Origin: Deinococcus sp.
GTDB lineage: Bacteria; Deinococcota; Deinococci; Deinococcales; Deinococcaceae
Length of the DNA stretch: 64,000 nt
Reading direction: 5' to 3'
NCBI GenBank assembly: GCA_965261005.1
Contig: OZ253375.1
Coordinates: forward strand, 1,024,001 to 1,088,000
Below the pieces are notes generated by a model. It was not told where the DNA came from, did not search any database, and worked only from the letters and a program-made list of their open reading frames with translations. How positions within the stretch are numbered: the first letter of the stretch is position 1; each line of letters starts with the position of its first letter. Shown here piece by piece: positions 18,320 to 31,553 of this stretch. The translations under genes were made by a program, and so were the position numbers.

Positions 18320-19179
18320 CCGCCAGCGCGCAGGCCCTGAAAGTGCAGCGCCTGCCCCTTTCGCGTCTGACCACCCTGGGTGTGGGCGGCGAGGCCGAGG
18401 TGTGGACCGTTCACGACCACGCCCAGTTGGCGCAGGCGATGGCCGCCCCGTACCGCATTCTGGGCGGCGGCTCGAACCTGGTGGTCGCCGACGAGGGCGT
18501 GCCCGAGCGGGTGATTCGCCTGGCCGGGGAGTTCGCGGAAGCGGACCTCGCACGCGACGCTGGCTTGAGCGGCCCCGATACCCATGTCACCGGCTGGGTC
18601 GGCGGGGGCGTGCCGCTGCCGGGCTTGGTGCGGCGACTCGGCCGGCTGGGCTTGTCCGGTTTGGAGGGCACCGTCGGCATTCCCGCGCAGGTGGGCGGCG
18701 CCGCTTGGATGAACGCTGGCACCCGCTTCGGCGAGGTGTTCGGCGGCCTGCACGCGCTGGAGATCGCCTCGCCGGAGGGCATCAGGCAGGTCAGCCCGGA
18801 CGAGCTGGCTTGGGGCTACCGGCAAAGTGGCATTCCCAGGAACCACATCGTCACGCGCGTCAAGCTGCACCTGACCCCCAGCGCCCCGGACGAGGTGAAC
18901 GCGCGCATGGCCCTCGCCGACGGCGCCCGCCAGGGGCAGCCCAAGGCGCGCACGCCGGGCTGCGCCTTTAAGAACCCCGGCGGCGTCAGCGCGGGCCTCC
19001 TGATTGACCGCGCCGGCCTCAAGGGGACGCGCGTCGGGAACGCCATGATCGCCCCCGAGCACGCCAACTTCATCGTGAACCTCGGCGGGGCCAGCGCGGG
19101 GGACGTGCACACCCTGCTGGGCCTTGCGCGCGAACGCACCGGCTTGGACCTGGAACTGGAATACGAACTGTGGCCGTGA
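18316..19179 (+). CDS. murB: UDP-N-acetylenolpyruvoylglucosamine reductase
   Basis: GGGSNL, GIPAQVGGAAWMNAG, GCAFKNP, HANF. Confidence 0.96.
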   Translation: MTASAQALKVQRLPLSRLTTLGVGGEAEVWTVHDHAQLAQAMAAPYRILGGGSNLVVADEGVPERVIRLAGEFAEADLARDAGLSGPDTHVTGWVGGGVPLPGLVRRLGRLGLSGLEGTVGIPAQVGGAAWMNAGTRFGEVFGGLHALEIASPEGIRQVSPDELAWGYRQSGIPRNHIVTRVKLHLTPSAPDEVNARMALADGARQGQPKARTPGCAFKNPGGVSAGLLIDRAGLKGTRVGNAMIAPEHANFIVNLGGASAGDVHTLLGLARERTGLDLELEYELWP

Positions 19180-19786
19180 AACGGATGGCCCGGCGGCGTT
19201 GGCTGTGGCCGCTGCTGCTGGTCCTGCTGGCCGGCCTGTTCGCCGCCTTATGGTACGGCCTGCCGGTGCGGCGCGTCGAGGTGAGCGGCAACCAATTTGT
19301 GTCTGACCGGCGGGTGGCCGAGTTGGCCGGCTTGCACCGGGGGTTTGGCTGGCCCTTCTACGGGGCGTGGCGCGCGCGCGCGCTGGGCGAGCATCCCTGG
19401 GTTCGCACGGCGACCATCACCAAGGTCTTTCCGGACACCGTGCGCGTGCGCGTCACCGAGCGCGTGCCCGGCGCCCGCGTGCGGCGCGGCGATCATTTGG
19501 TCGTGATCGCCCTCGACGGCACCGTGCTGCCCGGCGCGCGGCCCACCGGCCCGCTGCTGTCGGGCTGGGGGCCGGACCGGCTGGGCGAGGCCATAGAGGC
19601 CGCCCGAATGCTGGCGCGCTACACTGTCAGCTCCGTCACGTACACGCCCAGCGGCCTGACGGTCAAAACCGCGAGCGGAACGCTGTGGAGCGGCTCTTTC
19701 GCTTCCTTGCAGAAGTACGCGGCCGGTGTCACAATGAACCCCGGAAAACGCGTGAATATCTACCCTTGGGGGGTGAGCGTCCAGCA

Positions 19787-19790
<4 letters not shown>
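19176..19790 (+). CDS. ftsQ: FtsQ/DivIB POTRA protein
   Basis: Single TM helix plus POTRA-like segment, between murB and ftsA. Confidence 0.85.
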
Positions 19791-21121
<1,331 letters not shown>

Positions 21122-21219
21122 GAACGGGGTGTAGAAGGTTCAACGGCTGCGGCGGTTCCTGCGTTACACTTGGCGGGGCGGGCGCCGAACACTCAGGGCG
21201 CGCTTTATAAGGAGTCAGC

Positions 21220-22275
<1,056 letters not shown>

Positions 22276-22276
22276 C

Positions 22277-22774
22277 TTGAGCGACACGGAGACCATCTAT
22301 CAGGGCCACATCGTCTCGCTCGAAGTGCAAGAGGGCAAGTGGGAAGTCGTGCGGCACGCGCCGGCGGTGGTCGTCTTGGCGCTCCGGGACGGCAAAATGC
22401 TGTGCGTGCGCCAATTTCGGCGGGCCATTGGGGCGGGGACTTTGGAAGCCCCGGCCGGTTTGATTGACCCCGGCGAAACCCCTGAAGCGGCGGCGGCGCG
22501 CGAACTCTCCGAGGAAGCGAACCTCGGCGGCGACCTCACCTTGCTGACGCGCTTCTACTCGTCGCCGGGCTTTTGCGACGAGCTGCTGCACGTCTTCCGC
22601 GCTGACAACCTGCGCGAGGCCCCCGGCACGCCCGACGACGACGAGGATTTGACCGTCGAGTGGCACGACCCGGCCGAAGTTTTGGCTTGGTTGCGCGCGG
22701 GGCAGGAACTCGGCTCGGCCTCGACCATCACGGCCGCGCTGTTCGCGCTGCGTGAGCTTGAGAGGCGCGAGTAA
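22277..22774 (+). CDS. NUDIX hydrolase, ADP-ribose pyrophosphatase-like
   Basis: EAPAGLIDPGETPEAAAARELSEE; SPGFCDE. Confidence 0.88.
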   Translation: MSDTETIYQGHIVSLEVQEGKWEVVRHAPAVVVLALRDGKMLCVRQFRRAIGAGTLEAPAGLIDPGETPEAAAARELSEEANLGGDLTLLTRFYSSPGFCDELLHVFRADNLREAPGTPDDDEDLTVEWHDPAEVLAWLRAGQELGSASTITAALFALRELERRE

Positions 22775-22781
22775 CAACCTC

Positions 22782-23699
22782 GTGAAGACCTACCAAAGCC
22801 CCGCCGCACGGCCCGACACCGACACCGTGGTCGCCATCGGCTCCTTTGACGGCGTTCACCTGGGCCACCGGGCGCTGCTCTCCCGCCTGCGTGAGCGCGC
22901 CCGCGCCCTACGGGTGCCCAGCGTGGTCTACACCTTCGACCCGCCCACCCGCGTGCTGACCCAAAACGCCCCCTACCTGTCCACCCTGCCCGAGAAGCTC
23001 GCCTTGCTGGAGGGGACCGGGGTGGATGAGGTGATCGCGGTTTCCTTTACCCGCGACTTCGCGGCGCGCGGCAAGGCGGAGTTTCTCTCGGACATCGCGG
23101 TGCTCCGGCCGCGCGCCATCGTGGTGGGCGAGGACTTCGGCTTCGGCAAGGGGCGCGCGGGCAAGCTCGACGATCTGCGCGAGGTCACGCCCGAGCTGAT
23201 CGCGCTGCCGATGTTGCAGCTGACGGGGCGCGACATCAAGTCCACCCGCATTCGCGAGCTGCTGTCTTCAGGCGACGTGGAGGGCGCGGCCGAGCTGCTG
23301 GGACGTTCCTACAGCGCCGTGGGCGTGGTGGTGGCCGGCGACCAATTGGGGCGCACCATCGGCTTTCCGACCGCCAACGTGAAGGTGCCGGGGGGGAAGC
23401 TGCTGCCAAGCGGCGTCTTCGCGGTCTCGCTGCTGCTGGGGGACACGGCGGCCTTTGGCATGGCCAACGTGGGGCGGCGGCCCACCGTCAGCGGGGAGGA
23501 CACCCGCTTGGAAGTCCACGTCTTCGACTTTGGGGGCGATCTGTACGGCCGCGAGGTGCAGGTCACCTTTGAAGCTTTTCTGCGCGGCGAGCAGAAGTTC
23601 GCCGGCCTGGACGACCTGAAACGACAGCTCGCCGCAGATGGGGAGCGGGCGCGCCGCATGCTTTCCCGAAACTTTACGCTCGGAGGACCGAATTTATGA
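22782..23699 (+). CDS. ribF: Bifunctional riboflavin kinase/FAD synthetase
   Basis: GSFDGVHLGH, GRTIGFPTAN, LRGEQKF. Confidence 0.96.
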   Translation: MKTYQSPAARPDTDTVVAIGSFDGVHLGHRALLSRLRERARALRVPSVVYTFDPPTRVLTQNAPYLSTLPEKLALLEGTGVDEVIAVSFTRDFAARGKAEFLSDIAVLRPRAIVVGEDFGFGKGRAGKLDDLREVTPELIALPMLQLTGRDIKSTRIRELLSSGDVEGAAELLGRSYSAVGVVVAGDQLGRTIGFPTANVKVPGGKLLPSGVFAVSLLLGDTAAFGMANVGRRPTVSGEDTRLEVHVFDFGGDLYGREVQVTFEAFLRGEQKFAGLDDLKRQLAADGERARRMLSRNFTLGGPNL

Positions 23700-24097
23700 C
23701 CCCCCCCTCTTCACGATCACGCCGCGGCAACGCCGGCAAGTTCTGGCTGTGGCTCGCCATCGCGCTGCTGATCGCCCTCGGCGCCTACGGCTCGTACGCG
23801 GCCTTTGCCGCCAATCCCTACGTTTCGGACGTGCGGGGCAACGGTGTCAGCAAGTGGCTATTTTTAAACGACTGCAAGCAGGAATTGCGGGCCAAGCTGC
23901 CCGCGAACGCCACCCTTCAGTTTCCGCCGCCCGTGCAGCGCGCCGAGAGCGTGCAGGCCAAGGCCGGGGGCGGCTGGACCTGGACCTCGCTGACGCTGGT
24001 GAAGAGCGGCGCCGACACGGCCGCCGCCCAATTCCGCTGCGAGCACGACAAGGCCAGCGGCAAGACCGAGATCACCGGCTTACAACCGGCCCAGTAA
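23696..24097 (+). CDS. Hypothetical single-TM protein with two Cys
   Basis: Coupled to ribF; N-terminal TM helix. Confidence 0.75.
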   Translation: MTPPSSRSRRGNAGKFWLWLAIALLIALGAYGSYAAFAANPYVSDVRGNGVSKWLFLNDCKQELRAKLPANATLQFPPPVQRAESVQAKAGGGWTWTSLTLVKSGADTAAAQFRCEHDKASGKTEITGLQPAQ

Positions 24098-24100
24098 TTG

Positions 24101-25144
24101 CTACCTTTTAAAGCTCTTCGCCATCTCCAGCGCCCCGGCCACGTCGAGCAAGCCCGCCCCACAGCTTTTGGGCGCCACGCAGCTGGGCAACGGTGAGGCG
24201 CTCTCCTGCAACATGCGGCCGACCTCGGCGGGCGTGAGCGCCGGGTTGACGCCCAGCATCAAGCTGACGGCCGCGCTGACCAGGGGCGCGGCCAAGCTGG
24301 TGCCGGTGCGCCCGGAGGTGCCGGCCGGCGTGGTCACCTCCACCTCGTTCCCGACCGTCCCCCCCGGCGCGGCCAACGTCACGCTGCCGCCCCAGTTGGC
24401 GTAATTGGCGCGGCGGCCGACCTTATCGGTCGCGGTGACGGTGATGACGCCCTGGCAGCCCGCCGGCGTGTAGAGGGCGGCGTCCGCGTCGGCGTTGCCG
24501 GCCCCGGCCACGACCACCACCTTCCGCGCGCTCACCTCATTGATGGCCGCCTGTACGGCCGGGTCGCAGCCGGTCAGCGGGATGAAGTCCACGAACAGGC
24601 TCAGGTTGATGACCCGCGCCGGAAAGGGGTTGCGCGGCGTTCCGGGCACGGAGAGGCCGGCGGCCCAGCGCACGGCGTCCGCCACGTCGCGGGCGCGAAT
24701 CTCACCGTTCACGTCGGCCACCCGCACCTGCACAACGCGGGCCAGGGGATTGAGTCCCGCCACGCCGGGGCCGTGCCAACTACCCGCGATCAAACTTGCC
24801 ACCATGCTGGCGTGGTAGGCAGTGGTGCCCGGGTCGCGGGCGTCCGCGTCGCGCCCGTCGCCGTCGCCGGCAGCTTGCGGGTCTGAAACGAAGTCGTAGC
24901 CGTTCACGGCCCGCGCGCCCAACGCGGCCAGCGGCGCGTAACCGGTGTCCACCACCGCCACCGTCACGGGGGCGCCGCGCGACACGGCCCAAGCCTGCGG
25001 CGCGCGAATGGCCGCCAAGTTCCACTGCTGCGGATACAGCGGCGTGCTGGGGGCGGGGGCCGTGACCTGCGCCCTTTCCACGATGCGAATGGCGGGAACG
25101 TTCAGGGCGAGCAAGGGCAGCAGGGCGAGCAACAGGCGGCGCAT
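24101..25144 (-). CDS. Secreted S8 subtilisin-like protease
   Basis: Signal peptide; VVDTG, HASMV, GTSLAAP triad. Confidence 0.92.
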   Translation of the reverse strand: MRRLLLALLPLLALNVPAIRIVERAQVTAPAPSTPLYPQQWNLAAIRAPQAWAVSRGAPVTVAVVDTGYAPLAALGARAVNGYDFVSDPQAAGDGDGRDADARDPGTTAYHASMVASLIAGSWHGPGVAGLNPLARVVQVRVADVNGEIRARDVADAVRWAAGLSVPGTPRNPFPARVINLSLFVDFIPLTGCDPAVQAAINEVSARKVVVVAGAGNADADAALYTPAGCQGVITVTATDKVGRRANYANWGGSVTLAAPGGTVGNEVEVTTPAGTSGRTGTSLAAPLVSAAVSLMLGVNPALTPAEVGRMLQESASPLPSCVAPKSCGAGLLDVAGALEMAKSFKR

Positions 25145-25198
25145 GGAGCAGTCTTTCAGATCGGGCTGATCGGCGCGTGAAGGCGTTAGGCTGGGTCA

Positions 25199-25966
25199 AT
25201 GTCCTCTTCGAGCGCCGTACATTCAGGGCCACACGTCATCGTCACCGGGGCGTCCAGCGGCATCGGGCGCGCCGTGGCGCGCGAGCTGCACGCGCGCGGC
25301 TGCCGGGTGGTGCTGGCGGCCCGCCGAGAAGGTGAGCTGGAAGCGCTGGCGAGTCAGCTCTCCCCCGCCGGCCACGGCGTCCTGGCCGTGCCGACCGACG
25401 TGACCTCGCCGGGGGACCGGGCCGACCTGCTGGAACGGGCGGAGGCCGCCTTTGGCCCCCCGGACGTGCTGGTCAACAACGCCGGCGTGGGCGCGGAGGA
25501 CCGGCCCTTTTGGGAAAGCCGGGATTGGGAGAACGTGCTGGACGTGAACCTCTACGCCGTGATGGCGCTGACCCACGCGGCCGTGCCCGGTATACTGGCG
25601 CGGGGAAAGGGGCACGTCATCAATGTGGCCTCGGTGGCGGGGCATGTCGCCAGCCAGCCGGCCTACTCGGCCAGCAAGTTCGGCGTGCGCGGCTTTTCGC
25701 TGGCCCTGCGGCGCGAATTGCTGGGCAGCGGCGTTCACGTCAGCGCGGTCTCGCCGGGCTTTGTGCACAGCGAGATGACGGCGGCCGTGCGCTTTCCCAT
25801 GCCGGGGCCGCAGGTGGTCGCGCGGGCGGTGGTGCGGTTGCTGGAGCGCCCCCAAGCCGAAGTCGTGGTGCCGGAATGGTACCGGCCGCTGATCGCCCTA
25901 GAGCAGGTCTTTCCAGCGTTTGGCGACGCCGCCGTGCGCCTCCTTATGGGCGGGCGACGGCGGTGA
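25199..25966 (+). CDS. Short-chain dehydrogenase/reductase
   Basis: TGASSGIG, NNAG, YSASK. Confidence 0.94.
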   Translation: MSSSSAVHSGPHVIVTGASSGIGRAVARELHARGCRVVLAARREGELEALASQLSPAGHGVLAVPTDVTSPGDRADLLERAEAAFGPPDVLVNNAGVGAEDRPFWESRDWENVLDVNLYAVMALTHAAVPGILARGKGHVINVASVAGHVASQPAYSASKFGVRGFSLALRRELLGSGVHVSAVSPGFVHSEMTAAVRFPMPGPQVVARAVVRLLERPQAEVVVPEWYRPLIALEQVFPAFGDAAVRLLMGGRRR

Positions 25967-27015
25967 CGCGCGCCGCGTCGGGCAGCCGGCGTTTGCTGGG
26001 CGAGCGGCTGCACGCTTACATTCAGCGCCAGCGCAGCCGGGGACAGTTGCTGATCGCGGGCTACTGCGGCTGGGGCGCCTCGGGTCGGGCCGTGCTGGAG
26101 GGCCGGGTGCTGCGCCCACGCCGGCTCGGCGAGGCCGCCGCCCTCGATCCGCGCTGGCGCAACGCCCTCAACATCCTGCGGCGCCTCGCCAGCCGCGAGG
26201 TCGGCGGCGTGCGGGTGCGCGGCCAAATCGGCGAAGCAAGTGCCGAGGACGTGTCCGACGAGGAGGGCTACTTCCGGCTTGACTTCCGCTTCGCCGGGGT
26301 GATGGCGGACGGCTGGCACGACGCCCACCTGTCGCTGCCGGGCCGGCCCGAGCGGGCAGAGGCGCCCATGCGGCTCGTGCACGCGGCCGACTTCGGCGTG
26401 ATCTCCGACCTCGACGACACCGTGCTGCGCACCGGGGCCGCCAAGGTGTGGCAGATGTTCGCCACCGTCATTCTCAACAACGCCCTCACGAGGCTGCCCT
26501 TTCCGGGCGGCGCCGAGCTGTACCGCGCCCTGACAACCGGCCCCGGCGGCACGGCCAACAACCCGGTCTTCTACGTGTCGAGCAGCCCCTGGAATTTGTT
26601 CGATCTGCTGTGGCTGTTTCTCAGGCACAACGGGCTGCCGCTGGGGCCGCTGCTGCTGCGCGATTGGGGCCTCAACTTCATCACGGGCGGCCGGGCGCAC
26701 AAGCTCGACGCCATCGCGCGCCTGTTCGCGCTGTACCCCGACCTCCCCTTCGTGCTGCTCGGCGACAGCGGCGAGCGCGACCCGGAAATCTACGCCGAGG
26801 TGGTGCGCCGCTTTCCGAATCGGGTGCGCGCGGTGTACATCCGCGACGTTTCCGGGCGGCGGCGCAGCGCCCAGGTGCGGGAACTGGCCGGCGAGCTGCG
26901 CGCCCACGCCGTGGACCTGATCCTGGCCCCCGACACGCTGGCGGCGGCCCACCACGCTTACGCCACCGGCCTGATCGGGGCGCGCGGTCTGCGCGAGGTG
27001 AGCGCGGCGGTTTGA
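25963..27015 (+). CDS. App1 family (DUF2183) phosphatase
   Basis: ISDLDDTV, YVSSSPWNL, LGDSGERDPEIY. Confidence 0.88.
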   Translation: MTRAASGSRRLLGERLHAYIQRQRSRGQLLIAGYCGWGASGRAVLEGRVLRPRRLGEAAALDPRWRNALNILRRLASREVGGVRVRGQIGEASAEDVSDEEGYFRLDFRFAGVMADGWHDAHLSLPGRPERAEAPMRLVHAADFGVISDLDDTVLRTGAAKVWQMFATVILNNALTRLPFPGGAELYRALTTGPGGTANNPVFYVSSSPWNLFDLLWLFLRHNGLPLGPLLLRDWGLNFITGGRAHKLDAIARLFALYPDLPFVLLGDSGERDPEIYAEVVRRFPNRVRAVYIRDVSGRRRSAQVRELAGELRAHAVDLILAPDTLAAAHHAYATGLIGARGLREVSAAV

Positions 27016-27022
27016 AAGCGGT

Positions 27023-27063
27023 GGTCAGAGGTATTGAGGGGCGGTTCCTCAATACCTCTGACC
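27023..27063. terminator. Perfect 17-bp hairpin between convergent genes
   Basis: GGTCAGAGGTATTGAGG-N7-CCTCAATACCTCTGACC; no U-tract, so may be a repeat end. Confidence 0.55.
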
Positions 27064-27157
27064 CGAGTGGAACGAGCAACCGTCATGGGGAGCGGTCGGA
27101 GTGGAGTTGATGGACGTGTTCTTCGTCCATCGACGGAACGGAGTGCCGCGATGAACG

Positions 27158-28555
27158 CTAGTCCAGCGTCATGAACAAATTGTTCAAGCTCTCCGACAGC
27201 AGCGGGTGGGCGAACACGCCGTCGCGCAGGGCCGTGTAGGGCAGCTGGCCCATCATCGCCACCTCCAGCACCGTCATCACCTCGCCGCCCTCGGGACCCA
27301 GAATGGCCGCGCCCAGAATCTGATTCGTGTCGGCGTCCACCACCGCCTTCATAAAGCCGCGCGTCTCGTCCGTCTCAATGGCGCGCGCCACCGAGGTCAT
27401 GGGGAGCTTGGCGACCCTGACGTTCTTGCCCGCCTCGCGCGCCTCGCGCTCGCTCAAGCCCACCCGGCCGAGCTGCGGGTCCATGAAGACGGTGTACGGC
27501 ACCGGGCGGTCATGGGTGTTGCGGTTTCCGCCGCGCAACAGGTTGTCGCGCACGATGCGGAAGTCGTCGTAGGAGATGTGCGTGAAGGCGGGGCCGCCCT
27601 TCACGTCGCCCAGCGCCCAGATGCCGAGCACACCCGTTTCGAGCTTTTCGTTCACCTGGATATGCCCGCCCCTATCCGTCTCCACCCCGGCCGCCGCCAG
27701 GTTGAGGGTGCCTACGTTGGGCGTTCGGCCCACGGCGACCAGGACATGGGTGCCGCGCAGCTCGCGCTCGCCGCCGTCTATTTGGGCGCGCAGCCAGAGT
27801 TCTTCGCCGTCCCGGCCCGCCCTTGTCACCTTGGCCCCCAGACACAGCTCGACGCCGTCTTGGGTCAGGATCTTCGCGACCTCGTCCGACACGTCCTCGT
27901 CCTCGCGGCTGAGCAGCCTGGGGGCGCGCTCGACGAGCGTCACCCGGGCGCCGAAGCGCCGGAACATCTGCGCGAACTCCACGCCGATGTAGCTGCCGCC
28001 CATGATCAGCAGGTGCCCCGGCACCTCGCCCAGTTCCATGACCGTGGTCGAGTTGAGCGGCTCCAGCTCGCGCAAACCCGGCACGTCTGGCAGCGAGGGG
28101 CGCGCGCCGGTGTTGAGGAAAATCTTGGGCGCGCTCAGGGTGAGGTCGCCGCCCGCGTTCAGCGTCACCCGCAAGGTCTGCGGCCCGGTGAAGCTGGCCT
28201 CGCCGAACAGCAGGGTGATCTTTTGGTTGTCCTGCAAGCCATGCTCGCCGCTTTCCCGGAACGCCTTCACAACATCACGCTTGCGCTCACGGACCTTGCT
28301 CAAGTCCACCCCGACCTCGCTGACCTCCACGCCGTAGTCCCCCGCCCGGCGCGCCAGGTAGGCGACCCGCGCGCTGGCGACCATGGTCTTGGTGGGGGTA
28401 CAGCCCTCGTTGACGCAGGTGCCGCCCACGTGCTCGCGCTCGATCACGGCGACCTTCCAGCCCTCCGCACTCAGAGCTTGTGCCAGGGGCGACCCGGCTT
28501 GGCCCGCCCCGACGATGACGGCGTCGTACTGCTGAACTTCGTTTGCTTGGGTCAT
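27158..28555 (-). CDS. Pyridine nucleotide-disulfide oxidoreductase (mercuric-reductase-like/RclA-like)
   Basis: GAGQAG, GGTCVNEGCTPTK, C-terminal HP..SE; lacks MerA C-terminal Cys pair. Confidence 0.9.
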   Translation of the reverse strand: MTQANEVQQYDAVIVGAGQAGSPLAQALSAEGWKVAVIEREHVGGTCVNEGCTPTKTMVASARVAYLARRAGDYGVEVSEVGVDLSKVRERKRDVVKAFRESGEHGLQDNQKITLLFGEASFTGPQTLRVTLNAGGDLTLSAPKIFLNTGARPSLPDVPGLRELEPLNSTTVMELGEVPGHLLIMGGSYIGVEFAQMFRRFGARVTLVERAPRLLSREDEDVSDEVAKILTQDGVELCLGAKVTRAGRDGEELWLRAQIDGGERELRGTHVLVAVGRTPNVGTLNLAAAGVETDRGGHIQVNEKLETGVLGIWALGDVKGGPAFTHISYDDFRIVRDNLLRGGNRNTHDRPVPYTVFMDPQLGRVGLSEREAREAGKNVRVAKLPMTSVARAIETDETRGFMKAVVDADTNQILGAAILGPEGGEVMTVLEVAMMGQLPYTALRDGVFAHPLLSESLNNLFMTLD

Positions 28556-28609
28556 GTCGCCCTTAAGGTACACGCTGACCCGGCCCCGAAAATGCGCCAC
28601 AATACCCGC

Positions 28610-29281
28610 ATGAGCGCGCCCGTGCCAGCGCCCGACTCCCCGAGGTCCGTCCCACACAGGTCTGCCCCGCCCATGTCTGCCAACGTCACGAACAGCTTGA
28701 TTCACCTCTACCGCGGCGAGGTTGGGCGCATGACGGCTTACCGCGTGCGGCTGGACACCACCACCAACTGGGCGGTCATCATCACGGCGGGCCTACTCGG
28801 CTACGCCTTCAGCGAGCGGGGGTCGCACGCCATTTTGCTGGGCGCCATGCTGCTCGACTACTTCTTTTTGCACGTGGAGGCCCGGCGCTTTCGCTCCTTT
28901 GAGATCGCCCACCTGCGGGTGCGGCTGCTGGAGCGCTTCTTCTTTCCGACGGCGCTGGGCGAGGCGCGCGACCCGGCCTGGCGCGCCTACATGATCCGCG
29001 AGTTGGAAAAGCCCCACCTACCCCTCGACCGCGTGCAGGCGCTGGGCTGGCGGCTGCGCCACAACTACCTATGGATCTACGCCGCCACCCTGATCGCTTG
29101 GCTGGTCAAGCTGGACCTCGGGCGCTCCATCGCGATGGACAAGAGCGTGTGGCAATACCTCGACCGCGCCCGCATTGAAGATGTGCCCGGCGCCGTCATA
29201 TTCGGCGCCGTGGCAGTCTGGTACGTCTTCTTAGTGCTGCTGGCCGTGCGCGCCCACACCTACCCGCTGGAACTGGATTAG
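28610..29281 (+). CDS. DUF2270-type membrane protein
   Basis: HLYRGEVGRMTAYRVRLDTTTNWA, EARRFR. Confidence 0.85.
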   Translation: MSAPVPAPDSPRSVPHRSAPPMSANVTNSLIHLYRGEVGRMTAYRVRLDTTTNWAVIITAGLLGYAFSERGSHAILLGAMLLDYFFLHVEARRFRSFEIAHLRVRLLERFFFPTALGEARDPAWRAYMIRELEKPHLPLDRVQALGWRLRHNYLWIYAATLIAWLVKLDLGRSIAMDKSVWQYLDRARIEDVPGAVIFGAVAVWYVFLVLLAVRAHTYPLELD

Positions 29282-29284
29282 AGC

Positions 29285-29878
<594 letters not shown>

Positions 29879-30079
29879 GGTTTCCTCCGTTGGCGATCAC
29901 GCTAGCACCGACGTTCCCGCAGGCGCCACAAGTCCCCTCACCATCCCAAGCGGGAACCTGAGATTGTGTACGTAAGACACGAATAAGGCCAGGGTGCGAT
30001 AAGATGGGGATAGCGGCCGTGACGTGCGGCTGACGCGGAGCGGGTGAAGTGAGGCGAGTCAAGTGAGGCGGGGGACGCG

Positions 30080-31000
30080 ATGAACAGCATGGACAACAAG
30101 CTACAGGCCAAACACGACGTCGAGCGCGCCCGCCTGATCGCGTCGGTGGGTGACCTGCTGAGCGTGCTGCGCGGCGTGCCCAATGAGCTGCTGCCCTTCG
30201 AGTGGGTCCAGCATCTCGCGCCGCACGGCGAGCACCACTTGGGCCTTCATTCCATCGCGGTGGACGCCGTCATCGGCAGCGTGGACCGTTACCGCGAGTT
30301 TTCGCGCCACTTTTTGCCCAAAGAGGACCACCTCGACGAGCGCTGGATGGGCATTCGCGCGGCCCAACTCGGCGGGCGCGAGCTGCCCCCCATCCAGGTG
30401 TACAAGGTGGGCGAGCTGTACTTCGTCAAGGACGGCAACCACCGGGTGTCGGTGGCCAGGAAGAGCGGCCAAAAGTACATTGACGCCCACATCATCGAGC
30501 TGGACGTGCGCGTGGCGCCGGAGGCGGGCGACACCCTGCGCGATTTGATTATTAAGGGCGAGTACGCTCACTTTCTGAACGTGACGGGCCTGGCCGAGGT
30601 GGCGCCCGGCCACGCCGAAATCCGCTTCACGGCGCCGGGCCGTTACGACTTCTTGCTCGACCACATTCGCACCCGCCAGTACCACTTGGGCGTCAAGTAC
30701 GGGCGCGAGGTGCCGTGGGCCGAGGCGGTCGAGAGTTGGCACCGCCGGCTGTATTGCCGCGTGACCGAACACACCCGCACGCACGGGATCATGCGCCTGT
30801 TTCCGGGCCGCACCGAGGCCGACTTGTACCTGTGGATCATGGACCACCGCTACTTTTTGTGCGAGCGCTACGGTTTCGACGTGGGCAGCGAGGTGGCGAC
30901 CCTCAACTTCGCGCGCTTGCACGCCCCTAAGCTGTGGCGCCGCCTCGGCCGGCAAGCGGCGCTGCTGTGGCAGGGACAGAAGTTCAGCCCGGCGGGCTGA
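30080..31000 (+). CDS. ParB/Srx-like domain plus DUF4032-like protein
   Basis: LPPIQVYKVGELYFVKDGNHRVSVA; RTEADLYLWIMDHR. Confidence 0.75.
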   Translation: MNSMDNKLQAKHDVERARLIASVGDLLSVLRGVPNELLPFEWVQHLAPHGEHHLGLHSIAVDAVIGSVDRYREFSRHFLPKEDHLDERWMGIRAAQLGGRELPPIQVYKVGELYFVKDGNHRVSVARKSGQKYIDAHIIELDVRVAPEAGDTLRDLIIKGEYAHFLNVTGLAEVAPGHAEIRFTAPGRYDFLLDHIRTRQYHLGVKYGREVPWAEAVESWHRRLYCRVTEHTRTHGIMRLFPGRTEADLYLWIMDHRYFLCERYGFDVGSEVATLNFARLHAPKLWRRLGRQAALLWQGQKFSPAG

Positions 31001-31022
31001 GGCGGCGCGCTACACTTCCCGC

Positions 31023-31553
31023 ATGCTCGACAGCAGCTCTTTGCGGCGCCTCGGCGAGTCCCCGGCCGAGGTCGCGGCGCAGCTCAAAAGCGCCTTGACC
31101 GACTTCGAGGCGGCGCTCGCGCAGACGCGGGACCGTTGGGACGTGCCGGTGTTCCGGGTGGCGCCCAGCCCCGACTTTTCCCTGACCTGGAGTCCTGCCC
31201 AGCAGGCCGAGCACGTCCTAAAGGCCACCATCAGCTTTTCCAAGCTGGTGTACGTGCTCGGCGGCGACAAACCTCTGCCAGCCGTGCCGCGCGGGCGCGG
31301 GCCGCTCTCGCCTGAGGGGCGCCGCGTCTCGCCGGCTGGCTTTCTGCCGGACGGTGGCCTGACTTGGGAAGACTGGCAAGCCAAGTGGTCAGAGATAAAC
31401 GGCCGCTTTCTGAGCGAGGTGGAGCGCGTTGATCCGGTCTCCACACGGGTCTTTTGGCACCCCTACCTGGGCGACCTCGGCGCGCTCGATTGGGCGCGGG
31501 TGGCCGCGCTGCATACCCGCAGCCACCGCCAGCAGCTCGGGGTGAGCGGGTGA
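31023..31553 (+). CDS. DinB family protein
   Basis: WSPAQQAEHV, HPYLG, H...H..Q. Confidence 0.82.
   Translation: MLDSSSLRRLGESPAEVAAQLKSALTDFEAALAQTRDRWDVPVFRVAPSPDFSLTWSPAQQAEHVLKATISFSKLVYVLGGDKPLPAVPRGRGPLSPEGRRVSPAGFLPDGGLTWEDWQAKWSEINGRFLSEVERVDPVSTRVFWHPYLGDLGALDWARVAALHTRSHRQQLGVSG

Noticed and set aside
22277..22774. ADP-ribose pyrophosphatase after ftsZ as defence against the ART toxin
   Set aside because: Ordinary housekeeping Nudix next to ribF; no sequence evidence of a link
27158..28555. Mercury resistance merA
   Set aside because: No C-terminal Cys-Cys pair, no NmerA domain, no mer operon neighbours
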